NCBI GenBank assembly: GCA_973895155.1 | Contig: OZ316894.1 | Span: forward strand, 16,236,699 to 16,300,698 | Direction: 5' to 3' | Source of the DNA: Marsupella aquatica | Taxonomy: Eukaryota; Plantae; Marchantiophyta | DNA: 64,000 bases | Part shown: in pieces, positions 52,794 through 64,000 of the stretch | Numbering within the stretch: position 1 is the stretch's first letter | How the letters are laid out: the number at the start of each line of letters is the position of its first letter | The notes under the pieces: generated by a model | Databases searched by the model: none | The model's input: only the letters and a program-made list of their open reading frames with translations | What the model was told of the DNA's origin: nothing | Made by a program: the position numbers and the translations under genes

Positions 52794-55700
52794 TTATGGA
52801 TCCTCTATGAACTTGCTTGGCCATAATACCAAAGAACCTGCAGCATCTCCAAGTGTCTTTTGAGGAGGATCATCATTTGTGTTTGGAATGGGAAGGACAG
52901 CTTTAGGTTTCACTAGTAATGTGACTAACACTACTGAATAACCTGGGGGAATCCTCTTGCCATGGAACGTTGTGGAACCAACCTGCACTCTGCCAAATCC
53001 TACTCGTGTTCCACTCTCATCAAGAGCTAACAAGCCACTTTGTCCCTCAGCATTAGGTGCTTTCCCCACTTCCACCTTAGATCTTTCTGCCAGCACCGTT
53101 CTTGGAGGTTTGTATGAAACCTTTGACGTGGCTCTGCTCCCACCAGCAGACTTGCTTCGTGTGCGCATGCTTCCTCTCTTCACAGTAGTGAAGCTAGGCT
53201 CAGTAGGTTCCTCTATTAGGACTGTCATAGTAGCAGGTTGATCACCTGGGAGTGTCATACCAACTAACTCTTTGGTTGGATTTATCTCAACAAGAGGCAC
53301 ACCTGTCATTGAGAATGATACATTCTGCAAATCATTTATCTCTGCAATGGAGTCAAGATCTACATAGCATGAATCTGGCTCAATGGTATCATTGTCATGC
53401 TTGCTGATATCCTCATTTGCCCCAACATTGATATCATCCACTCCCTTGCCAATGTCATCCTCATCCAAACATGGTTGACTGCCCTCTGTCAAACAAGTTG
53501 CTTGTACAGACTGCAACTTTGTTGCCTCTAAATTACAGCGAGTATTTGCCAGGTTCTCATACTTCTTCTCTGTAGCACCTGTCTTATTCTCTATGGACAC
53601 ATCAACCACAATATATGTTACTGAAAATAACACATTCGACAAACAATGTCAATTCAAACTATACATTTAATAATCATATCCCACACAGTTGTAAAGGCCT
53701 TACCTTCAAGCCTACATGTCGTTGGCATGCCAGAAGAGTGCATCGACTTTGCCACCTCAAGTGGTGATGGTGGAACTCCTGCAGAATTGGAATCAATTTT
53801 ATCTCTCACCGACACAACAGCTTCCATTAATGTCTTGAAGTTCACATGGAACAAGTCAGTCAATGAATTCAAACGTTCATTGATCTCTGGAAGACATGTT
53901 TCGACAGCCTTCAAACGACCACTTATCTCTGTAAGTGAAGATCCACCTCCCTACATGACACAGGGGTATAGGTTCAATCACTCCATATGAAATGTTGGGC
54001 AATATATGCACAATCAATGTTATATACAGTGTACACCTGAAATTCAACGCAGGTCATTCAATTACCAATCAGAACTCATATAACTTACATGCTTGGAGGA
54101 TTCAGATGCACCCTCTTGAGCCCGGGTGTTCACAATTTCAGCCCTCAACTCTTCTTTTGAAGGGCTTTGCCCCAATTGGGCTTTCTGCACATGCATGGCA
54201 AACACAAGTTATCGATCAATATTCAGGGAACGTACACTAAAAAACAAAGTTTACATGTATGGGTTTACACTAAAAAACAGTACATAGTGTAGCATAAATT
54301 ACATAGCTAGGCCATTCATTCTTACCAAACGTTTAGCTGTCGGTGCAGTGCCGGTCCTTCCTATCAGATTAGGGTTCTGAACACTCAACCTGGCCTCGGT
54401 CATCTGTGAACTCTTCTTTTTTGAAGCATCTGTTACAAAATAAGCTACTAACCTTGCCCACACTTTATCATCACAACTGGCTGGTGGAGGCATATCTGGC
54501 TTCTCCCCACCTTCCTTCCAAGCCTTATGCATTCTCCACCTCTCTTGCTTGATGATTTTACCTGCTGTACTCTCTAGGCAACCTATGTCCACGCCATCAT
54601 CACTGCCCACATAATTCCATTTGGCAGCAACATTTTCACATACAGTCTTCCAATCTTTTGGATGTTGTTTTTTAAAATTAATAACACTCACATCTAACCA
54701 ACGCAATACTTTAGCTTTCAAATCAGCATGCCATCGGTTCTTGCGAGGACACTCAGCATCCACCCATTGTCTCTCATTCAACTTTACGTTCCCTTTCTTT
54801 GTCACCTCCCCTCGTGCACTGCTCTCGGTAGTACTGGGCGTTGTATTGGCCACCCCTTCATTCACCCTACCTGGGGTTCTGAAGCCACCTGGGAAAATAC
54901 AATGCCATTCATGCTTGAGAACTACATATAGCAGAATGGATGACGGCAACATTCAATGCTTCACTTCAAGAAAAATTCTTCAAACATACATACCTGTAGC
55001 TCTGACTGCACTCTGAAATTGTTGCGACCCTGGACCACCTGTCCAGCCTAGTACAGGGGCCGGATGATGTCACTTTCTAGGTATGTGTGTGCAAACATAT
55101 GTACTGAAAACTAAGTACAAACTGTAGGAAAACAACTGAACATTCACCAACATACCTGTCCCCCTTCCGTGCTGCATCTGCATAGGGGCATTAGTGAATA
55201 CTTGAGTCGATGGTTCGACTGTCCAACCTGCACACATACATTTTCTATCATTATACATGTGCAGAGTCCCCCCCACGTGAATGGACTCCAGATATAATGA
55301 GTTCTTCCATTGTTGACAAGATCAGACATTACCTGCCCCTCTTCCAGCGTTTGTAGGTACTGAATTTTGATATCCCTGCCAATTACCTTCACCACCTTCC
55401 CAACCTTGTTCATTCCACGACCCACCACCATCCTCCCAACCTGGTTCAACCCATGTCTGTCCTTGTGGACATTGGAACTGATCATTACTAGCATTTGCCC
55501 AATCAGGTTGGGCAGAATCTGCATGCAATGGCAGGTGGACAGAATTTCATGTTGTCTGAATCCAATACATCCCAAACAATGTCAAAAATTGATATGCAGT
55601 CTGAAATTCAGGAGTGCCATGCCTTCACAAAGAACTGGCATATAGATATATACTCACATCCCCATGGTTGAGGTGGACGTCCATACCCACGAGATTGTGG

Positions 55701-56479
55701 GTTTGGACCTGCTCTGCCTCTACCACGGGCATAACCTAGAGCTTGCCCCCTGCCATAGTATTGGGCACCAGCCTGGGATCTACCACTACTACCACCTCGC
55801 CAACCTTGATCAGAGGTCAGCCCCCCCTGCTGGTATGGTGCATGCACAGGCTTCGAAGGCAAAACAGAACTGGCAGGACGCTGCATCACATCACCAACTA
55901 CAATGTCAGGAACTAAGCAAGGTACATATGTGTAGTACTGAACATATGAAACCTCTAAACAAGAGTTTTTAACTCAAAACCTTGTTGGGAAAACTACTTA
56001 CCTGTTTCTTTTGGGGCTGCTCTGCAATGTATTCATCTTCATAACCCCCATCCTCATCCATTTCCTCTGGAAAATACTCATCATCTGCATCTTCTTGTCT
56101 AGTGTCTGCACCCACCTGTGCAGCATCAATGTCATCTCCACATTTTGCCATTGTAGGTACGACCTTCTTGCTCAACCTGTCACTCCGACGCACAGGCCCA
56201 GAGATAGTGCTGGTCACCCTTCTTGCGTACTCCTTTTGTTTCTTTGAAAATGCTGTGGCTCTGCGACATTCCAATATGAGAATACAGTCACAATTTCAGT
56301 GCCACATTGAACTATTCATGTCACACAAACTCAGCGGAGGGGTGTAGTTGAGAATCGTTCCCTTACAATTCAGCCACATCCTTTTCCAGATCCAGTTCTG
56401 CGATTTTGGCTTTCACGTATGCTCGTTGTTCCATAGCTTTCCTTTCATACTCACACATCTCTGTGTCACTCTGTTCCAT
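52794..56479 (-). CDS. CACTA TnpA-like accessory protein (Ptta/En/Spm-type domain plus C-terminal Tnp1-like domain) with N-terminal GW/RG-rich region; 10 exons, apparently intact
   Basis: Predicted exons 56479-56367, 56260-56002, 55880-55658, 55518-55333, 55227-55156, 55047-54994, 54888-54326, 54184-54089, 53950-53704, 53620-52794; all GT-AG, 2640 nt in frame (~879 aa). Contains PPASCDDKVWARLVAYF...KKSSQMTEAR...GRTG and HGKRIPPGYSVVLV...LPIP...TLGDAAGSLVLWP, typical of CACTA second ORFs. Confidence 0.8.
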
Positions 56480-56635
56480 CCTACTGGACCACAAAAACAT
56501 GTCATCTACGATCACCCCGTATAACACAATGCAACCACAATCACCAGGCATCCATCCATACATCTGTGTTGCTTCAGAATTACTTTATTACACATCCTTC
56601 CCCTCACTAATGTCCATGCAAACAATTCACATTAC

Positions 56636-59600
56636 TCATGGCACAGGCACACTGTTGGCATCTGCATCTCTGAATTCGCCTCCTTCAGCAAATGCATCTA
56701 CCCTTGTCACAGGAATGAAGTCCCCGCTATCATGAACTACAGGCACTTGGTCTGAACGCCGACGATCAAAGGCACTATGAGAGTGTAAATGAAACTCAAG
56801 GTTTGATCCTTCCATCCGACGTTGCCTGGCCTGTTTATGACACACTACACGCCAACCTGGGGAGTCTTCCACATCCAGGAAGAAAGCTTGCTCCACCTGA
56901 CTAGGAAACACAAATGGCTCAGACCATTCGGGCAATTTCCCTCTGAAATTGGCCAGCAAGAAACCGTCGTTGTCTCTCTTCATGGTAGCCCTGTTACCAA
57001 GCCAATCCTGCCGCACCCATGAACCTTTCATAAGAATCACAGGACTGGACACCGCCCCATAGTCCAGAGCCCATATGTCAACTAATTCTCCCACATATCC
57101 CATCTCCATCCAGGCCCTGTCGTGATTGTGGCTCTGTTGCTCAAATACAGTGATGAACCCGCAGTCATTCGTCACCCTGTAGGCACTGTCACCATCCTTC
57201 ACTCGAAAGTGATTCCCATATGCTCTCATCCGTTTGTAAGTCTTCACTTTCAGGCTAGGGGCATTAGACAGTAGGTAAACATCTGCATCCATGTCTGGGT
57301 GGGTCTCGTGATGCTCTCTAATTGCCACTCTGATCCACTCCATGAAACCTGGAAAAGTTGTTCCTGCAGTGGGATGGGCCGCCTTCAATGACTCATACTC
57401 CCTGAACGAACAACCACACAGCATTAGCTTGGGTAAACATGAACAGGCTGAAGGAGAAAACCACACGAACACAACATTTAAGCTCATGAACTGGATTATA
57501 GCACATGTATGCACTCACTGTATCCAGGGTTCCATCACCACAGTGTTGTGCAATACAAAGTCATGTGCCAAGTCTCTCATAGATATGGTCAGGTTCTTTG
57601 TGGTTGCAGCCCCTTCCAGTACTTCACCTATCACCCCTTCCTCCTCATCAGAATTCCACACCCTGGTCTTCACATGCTCATATTGTGCTATGTATTCGGT
57701 CAGAAATCCTAGAGTCTCATCCTTGATGTAACCTTTAGCCATGCTTGCTTCAGGTTTGTAATATGTTCTCACGTGACCTTTGAGTAGCTTCATGTACCGT
57801 TCCAAAGGGTACAACCAACGAGCACTCACAGGCCCAAATTGGTGTAGCTCTTCCACAACATGGACAAGTAGGTGGGTCATGACATCAAAAAATGCGGGAG
57901 GAAAATAAATCTCCAGGTCACACAGCACCTGAGCGACATCTTCTGTCAGTTGTGGGAAGTGTGTTTCATCCCAAACCTTCACACAAATACGACGAAACAC
58001 ATCACTGAGTCGCATGATCACAGTACGAACAGGCTTCTGCAACAGGCCCCTCAGGCATAAAGGCAACACCTGTTGCATCAACATATGGTAGTCATGGCTT
58101 TTCATACTACCAAGCTTTCTAGTCATGATATGCTTCTTGAAAGCACTGCCATAGTTTGAAGGAACCTTCAAAGAACTCAACCTCTGCACAAATAGTTCCC
58201 ACTCTGTGTCTGTCAGAACATAGGGCGCTTGGTACTTCAAGAGCACATCAGCTCTGTGGGCATGTGGCCTCAACCAAAGATGGGGTTTCATTCCCCTCTG
58301 TTCAAGATCCAATCTCACTGAACCAGTGTCTTTCTCTCCACACAAGAATCTGAGTAGACTCTCACAAATATTCTTTTCAATGTGCATAACATCAATGTTA
58401 TGTTTGCTTGGCTCAAACTCCTGCATCGTTGCAATGCAAAAGCGTCAGGAAATGCCTCAAGTTTAGTCTCTCTCTTCGAAATGAATGCACATGCTCTGAA
58501 CCAAAACATGTATCCCAATTAGCATCAACTCCAAGAGGCTTACCCTCCAGTACTTGAGCTCCAAGTCCAATATGCTCAGTCTTTTTACACCATATCGCTT
58601 TATTGGATCACTCACTCCATCTTCCCTGCCCCCTCGTTTGATATAGTCATCCCTCAGTGCTCCCCACTGCCTGATCTCCTCTTTGGTCACTCGTGCCGGG
58701 GGTCCACGTTGCTCAATCTCATTGCCAAAGTGTGCAATCAGTGCCTGTCTTTCTCTGTAAGGGTGATCTGCCTTCAGAAAACGACGATGGCCCATGTATA
58801 TCACTTTCTGCAGGGCTCTGGAGTACTCACTCGTGACATTGCGCCCACAGATAGTACAAGCACAATATCCTTTTGTTGTTTGGCCTGATATCATCCCATG
58901 GGCTGGGTAGTCAGCTATAGTCAAAATGACAATGGCTCTAAGGATGAATGGGTTTAACCTCCCAAGCCTCTGTAGGACATCATATGTGAGAACTCCTTCC
59001 TCCCAAAGCTTTCTCAATTCCTCCACTAGGGGAGCCAGAAACACATCTATGTTGGCAGATACAGCACTGTCTGGCCCTGGTATCAGTAGGACCATCAGAA
59101 CAAAAAATTGCTTTGTAGTCATCCAAGGAGGAAGGTTATAATTCAAAATAGTTACAGGCCAACACGAAAATTTGTTGTTCTTGTCTCCAAATGGGTTTAC
59201 CCCATCCAATGACAGCCCAAGTCTGACATTCCTCGGCTCAGCAGCAAATTCGGGATACATCTCATCTATGAGTTTCCATTGCCTTGAATCTGCAGCATGT
59301 CGTTGTAGCCCATCATCACTTTTCTTGTCAGTTGCCCAAGTCATCATCTCTGAGATGGCACGGCTTCTGAACATCCGCTGAATTCTGGGAATGAGTGGAA
59401 AATGACGAAGTACCTTGGCGGGAACCATAGACTTTCCTGAGTTCCGATACCTGTGCTTCCCACACTTAGGGCATGTCAACGATTCTTTATACTCCTTTCT
59501 GAAAAGAACATGCCCATCAGGACAGGCATGGATCGAATCATAGTTCAATCCAAGATTAGATATGCATCTTTTTGCCTCGTACATGTTCTTGGGCAAAATA

Positions 59601-60367
59601 TTACCATCTGGTAGCACAGTTGTTTGCAAGAATGCCAACAACTCAGAAACCAAAACGTTGGGGACATTGTGGTTGCCGCAAATGTTCAGGAACATGATGA
59701 CAAATCCCAGTTTAGAACATTTGCTACCGGGGTACAAAGACTTCCTGCCTTCCTGTATTTGCAGGGGAGAGCCAAACATCCCATCATGCCCAGGGGTTTC
59801 CTGCCCTATCTCAAACTCATCAAGAGGCTCTTCAACAGGGGGCACACTTGCATCTGCAGCCGTATCCTCTTCGTTGTCCAGCCCATCATGAAATGCATCC
59901 AAGTCTTGGAAGATGTCTCTCACCATCTCTTCCACATGAATTCCTTCGTCACGTGGTGCTGCCTGAGCACCATCCCGTTGGAGAGCTGACAACCCATAGA
60001 GACCAGCTACAACATTTTCAAATGCACCAGGCAGAACCTCACTTGCCCGTCTTGCAGCATTGGCAGCATCAAATTCTAACCTCCACTCCTCGTCGGAAGA
60101 ATCTTCCTCTGCAGGATCATTCCAAACTCGATGTTGTGGATCTCTTCCATGAACCGCGATATGCCGCCAAACCTCATTCAAACCCCTGGTACGGGATCCT
60201 TGGCAGATTGCACAAGGACATCTCATCCTACTGGCTCCTGAAAGTCTGGTTCGTAACCTTTCACGCTGCCAAAGCTTATTATCATGGCGTGATATCCTTG
60301 TGGGATGATGCAAAGGCAGTGCCTGTGCCCTGGGCTGGGTTTGGGGAGGGTGGTGACCAGGGTGCAT
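56636..60367 (-). CDS. CACTA TnpD-like transposase (transposase-associated Zn domain, Transposase_21, DUF4218/DUF4216-like), 3 exons, apparently intact
   Basis: Exons 60367-58544, 58420-57519, 57401-56636 join in frame (~1163 aa). Motifs CPCAIC, IHACPDGHVLF, HAADSRQWK, EPRNVRLGLSLDGVNPF, NYNLPPW, DYPA, HNIDVMHIEKNICES, MKSHDYH, FPPAFFDVMTHL, WLYPLERYMKLLK, EPFVFPSQVEQAFF. Confidence 0.93.
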
Positions 60368-60899
60368 TGTAACAGGCTGGAAGCTCTGCAGTCATGGACA
60401 GCAGTGAACAGGGATGCCTAATGGTGGTATTTGTGTTCCATATATCCCTGACTGTATGTGCCAAAAGAGTTAACATAACGTGTAATAAATTCTCACAAAC
60501 CCTAAACCACCCCAAAAGAAAAAAACAGGTTTGCGAGTAGTGTACCTATTGTCAAATGAATGACACAAAATTCCTCAATGTTTGAGGGTGTCACCACCTC
60601 CACAGCTGTCCTCAAATGTACCGCCTCTGCATGTACACCCATGACCATATCAGAGTCCAATCATGTATAGTCATAGGCATAGGTGTGAGAGCGGTATCAG
60701 ATATCTCACCGCCGAGATTTGAGCCCACCCAGTACGTTTACAGTGACACCCCCAGGCAGCAGGAAACAACAATCCGCCAACAGTAAAATAAGCCCAACTG
60801 CCACCAACCATAACAAGGTACATTAGTTCAAAGATCACATTTATTTCAATGATCTGATTTATACAAAAAAACTTGTGTCCAAACTGATGCTACTACTCC

Positions 60900-61772
60900 T
60901 CACTCTGATTCAGAATCGCTAATGACCCATTCCTCACTTGTTGTCTCATAGTCCTCTCTGTAAGGATCCTGACCCTTCCGTGGCCAGGCCTCAAAAAGAT
61001 CATAGTCCATTGGGTTTTGACACTTCCCAGCTGCTACTAATTCCACAAGCCAAGCATATGAAACCACAAACACATTATGGGACATGACATAAAAGCGAAT
61101 GTCTCCCTTCCCAAACTTGCGGCAGGCTTTGGGATATGACTTAGTAATGACATGAGTGGTGTCCTCTGTTATATTCTCCTCAACTGTCCCACCTAGGTCA
61201 AGCACCGTGGACTTGTACACTTTGCACTTAACCTCTCCAATTCCCGCCTCCACAAACACCATGCTCAGCCCTTTCAGAATGGGGGTTGGTTGCTTCGTCT
61301 CCTCAGCCAACATACTCTTCAGCCTTCTAGAGCTCTGTCCTTTGTTGAGTACAGGTCCATATTGGACATCAGCAAGCCGTGCCTTTGCTTCCCAGACTTC
61401 TTGTTCAGCCCAAGCTGATGCAGTAGCTTCTTCATCCTCCCACAGCTCATATTGCTCAGTATCCTGTACAATCTGATGTGCCATGGAATCTGTGATCCAA
61501 GAGGCCTCAACTACTTTTAGGCCTTGCTTAGTAATTGCAGAATTCATGTAGGACCATGACCACTTCTTTATCACTGATAGCCATGTCCCTGCAACAACAT
61601 GTGTAGTCTCTAGAGTGATGTCCTGAACTACAGTGCCATGGAGCTCAGAGAATCGTTTCTGTACAGTTGGTCAATGCACTTTGGTCAACCCATGCTGGCC
61701 ATGGACCAAAATGGCTCTGACCCCTGTAAACACTGCTGGGTGGTCACACTTTCTACGTTTCCCAGGCTCCAT
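60900..61772 (-). pseudogene. Tandem-BRCT protein gene (BRCTs resemble DNA polymerase lambda N-terminal BRCT) with one in-frame stop
   Basis: ATG at 61772: MEPGKRRKCDHPAVFTGVRAILVHG...KVH*PTVQKRFSELHGTVVQDITLETTHVVAG...VVEASWITDS (BRCT1). BRCT2 is LKGLSMVFVEAG...LGGTVEENITEDTTHVI...KFGK...VVSYAWLVELVAAG. A single TGA lies at 61673-61671; the frame is otherwise continuous with ORF 60900..61574. Confidence 0.75.
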
Positions 61773-62364
61773 GTACACACACCCTACGTGATGACAGTGA
61801 ATTTTGGAAGAATGGGTTCACCTGACAATACAAGGACAACAAAATTCCTGCTTTTTGAGTTGATCTGGCCCACTGGTGCTCAGGTCCGATTTTGATAGGT
61901 ACAAGGGATATGTGAACAATACATACTAGGCACCTGCACGGATGCAGGACATTGTTTGAATATATACTACAAAATCCATATCGAAGGTGAAATGAAGTGC
62001 AACCAACTTGTCATGGCACATACATATTTTGTTGTAAAGGAGGATACATTCAATGACAAACTTATAGGGCAATTTGATTAATCGCATGCCTGATAATTTA
62101 TACGCTTACAACTTAGAAGTCCTGTTTTAATTTAGCAGTCTGATGAAAGTGTTTATGAAAATGACCACTCAGCCTAAATACTTCCAAGAAGGCTTGTAAG
62201 GATAAGTTTTTATAGGCATGTACCCAGCCACTGACGCCAGAGCACAAGATAAGTGCTGCCTATATAAACTCGCCTACCCAAGTCCTTTTCAAAATTGGAA
62301 TCTCTGCAATCTCAAAAAATAGTACATCCACATCAGGTGCACTGTGCATGTACAATGTTCAGCT

Positions 62365-63045
62365 TCACAGCCAAGATATGTGATCTCTCACAGGAGTGCG
62401 CGAGGTAGGATCAATGGCATGGCGATGACAATAAAATATCCATCGATCAACACCATGTGCAGAGTGATCATAGATTTCTCTATCACAAGCATAACCCTCT
62501 GCTTGACGATCTTTCAGGCAATGATAGTGCCACATGGTGGGACACCTAGCACAGTGGACTATGTCAGTCCAGTACTCATGATCATGCTCACCACATGCCT
62601 TGCACCTATGAAGTGGGCAAGTTGTGGCATGAGTAGGCAAACACTCAAAACAGAAAAATCTCACACAAAAACGGTCTGGACATTTCCTAACATTTGCTGC
62701 AACATCAACAGAGCCCTCATAGGACCCCAACTTCCCACACTGTGCACACTTAGCCTGCTTCTCCAAACAATCAGTGCACATCCAGTCTCCCTGGTGTGTT
62801 GACGGGAGGCCCACCCCTGGACAGTTGTTTTCTGCAGCAAGGTCAGACTCCGGGTTGAGGTGGAAATGTCTCATGCAAGGGCCCTCACAAATGACCAGGC
62901 CCCCACCATCGTCACAAATGGCACAACAATGAGCTGCCTTCTGGAAAATCTGACTTGCAAAGAAGTTAGTAGCATCTGCCCCAAGTACACCTGTGTTTCT
63001 CACCTCTGTCACACGCTTTTTGGCTTGAATTTTAGGTCGTGCCAT
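62365..63045 (-). CDS. Stand-alone EDM2/NSD-type tandem PHD-finger protein (226 aa, intronless), probably CACTA cargo
   Basis: ATG at 63045. CAICDDGGGLVICEGPCMRHFH...C...WMCTDC...CAQCGKLGS...C...C...TCPLHRCKAC...CARCPTMWHYHCL...IFYCHRHAIDPTSRTPVRDHI follows the plant EDM2 PHD module as I recall it (CAICDNGG..CEG.C.RSFH...TCPLHKC...CRRCP..YH..CL...IYC..H.ID....TPVRDH). Confidence 0.8.
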   Translation of the reverse strand: MARPKIQAKKRVTEVRNTGVLGADATNFFASQIFQKAAHCCAICDDGGGLVICEGPCMRHFHLNPESDLAAENNCPGVGLPSTHQGDWMCTDCLEKQAKCAQCGKLGSYEGSVDVAANVRKCPDRFCVRFFCFECLPTHATTCPLHRCKACGEHDHEYWTDIVHCARCPTMWHYHCLKDRQAEGYACDREIYDHSAHGVDRWIFYCHRHAIDPTSRTPVRDHISWL

Positions 63046-63056
63046 GCCTGCGCATG

Positions 63057-63200
63057 AGATAGACTCTACAGTTTAGCAGACTGCACAGAAAGTAATATAT
63101 ATTTAGCATTTAAGGTACAAAGGCATTTAGATAGACTCTACAATTTAGCAGACTGCACAGAAAGTAAAATATATTTAGCATTTAAGGTACAAAGGCATTT
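63057..63200. repeat. 72-bp tandem duplication just upstream of the PHD ORF
   Basis: AGATAGACTCTACA...AAAGGCATTT x2 with 2 mismatches. Confidence 0.9.
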
Positions 63201-64000
63201 GCTACTGCAATGAATTGGAATGGCCACACAAGGATGCAGAGCAGACATACTTTTGGTATGTTGAGCCCACACACAAACCTGATCCCCTAATACAATTGCT
63301 CCACCAACACCTCAATTTTAATTGTGGCTATGATTCACCAAAGGAGATCTGCAACAACATTTCATGCATTTGAATCACATACAATAGTCGTGACATGTAA
63401 AACGCGCATTCTTCGAAGAGGATTGGTATGAAGCAGTGTCATAAGGGTTGAAATTTATACATCCTAAATAGGCTATGATAGTGGCTGAGACAAATAAGTG
63501 ATGCATAAATCACATTTTACAGGTTATCACATGGCCCATTAATTCATTGAACGTTGCAATGTTCACCAGGTTAAAGCAGTCATGAAAGCAGTCTTTCAAT
63601 AGAGACTTTTATGCGAGTTTGCTAGCCTCTTAAATTAGGATATTTTGCTTAGTGCAGGCATAATAGGATATAAGTTATGTACTGTTGACCCTAAACCCTG
63701 GACCCAAAATTGCTCATACATCAAAATTTTAAGTAAATATCCTCTGTGTTGAAGTCAGAGTGTTAAGCTATAGGTCAATGGTATCTGGTCTGTGCATGCG
63801 GTGTGACAAGTGGTCCTCTAGAGCATGTGATCCAAACATGTGTAGACACCAAAGTCACCGGTGGTGGGGTCTGGGAGGGCAGGACAAGTGACATCACCAG
63901 GCACACTGCAGGATGGCGAGTGGTTCCAGATGATACATTGTGCTCTGTGCAAAAATCGGCATCCAATTCTGGGCCAGAAGCCCTACAGGCAGGACAGTCA

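Larger units (their letters stand above)
51939..64000 (-). mobile_element. CACTA/EnSpm DNA transposon (one terminus at 51939; other terminus not seen in window)
   Basis: Terminal CACTAGAAGAA at 51939, followed by dense subterminal GTGAC/GTCAC repeats (~51975-52290). Contains CACTA transposase and TnpA-like genes. No matching ...TTCTTCTAGTG terminus was found before 64000, so the extent beyond ~60.4 kb is inferred. Confidence 0.85.

Overview
Eukaryotic, intron-containing land-plant DNA, probably a non-seed plant such as a bryophyte or lycophyte (inferred from gene structure and TE content; the species cannot be identified). There are two clear host genes: an ABI3/VP1-type B3 transcription factor (- strand, ~16.4-20.2 kb) and a 10-exon serine incorporator (SERINC; + strand, 31.0-34.2 kb). 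The rest is mostly transposon-derived. It includes a Ty3/gypsy family whose LTRs end in AGT...ACT instead of TG...CA, and a Ty1/copia element with intact LTRs/TSD carrying a nested antisense gypsy. Smaller elements are a Helitron, a PIF/Harbinger derivative, MITEs with 10-bp TSDs, tRNA-derived SINEs, LINE relics and a long foldback. A large CACTA/EnSpm element starts at 51939 and apparently continues past the window end. It has an intact spliced transposase and an intact 10-exon TnpA-like gene with a GW/WG-rich, Argonaute-hook-like region. Upstream of the transposase lie a stand-alone EDM2-like PHD-finger ORF and a tandem, Pol-lambda-like BRCT ORF. This cassette is the best candidate for an undescribed system: a transposon-encoded chromatin-reading, anti-silencing and repair toolkit. 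All family assignments are by eye from remembered motifs; no database searches were run.
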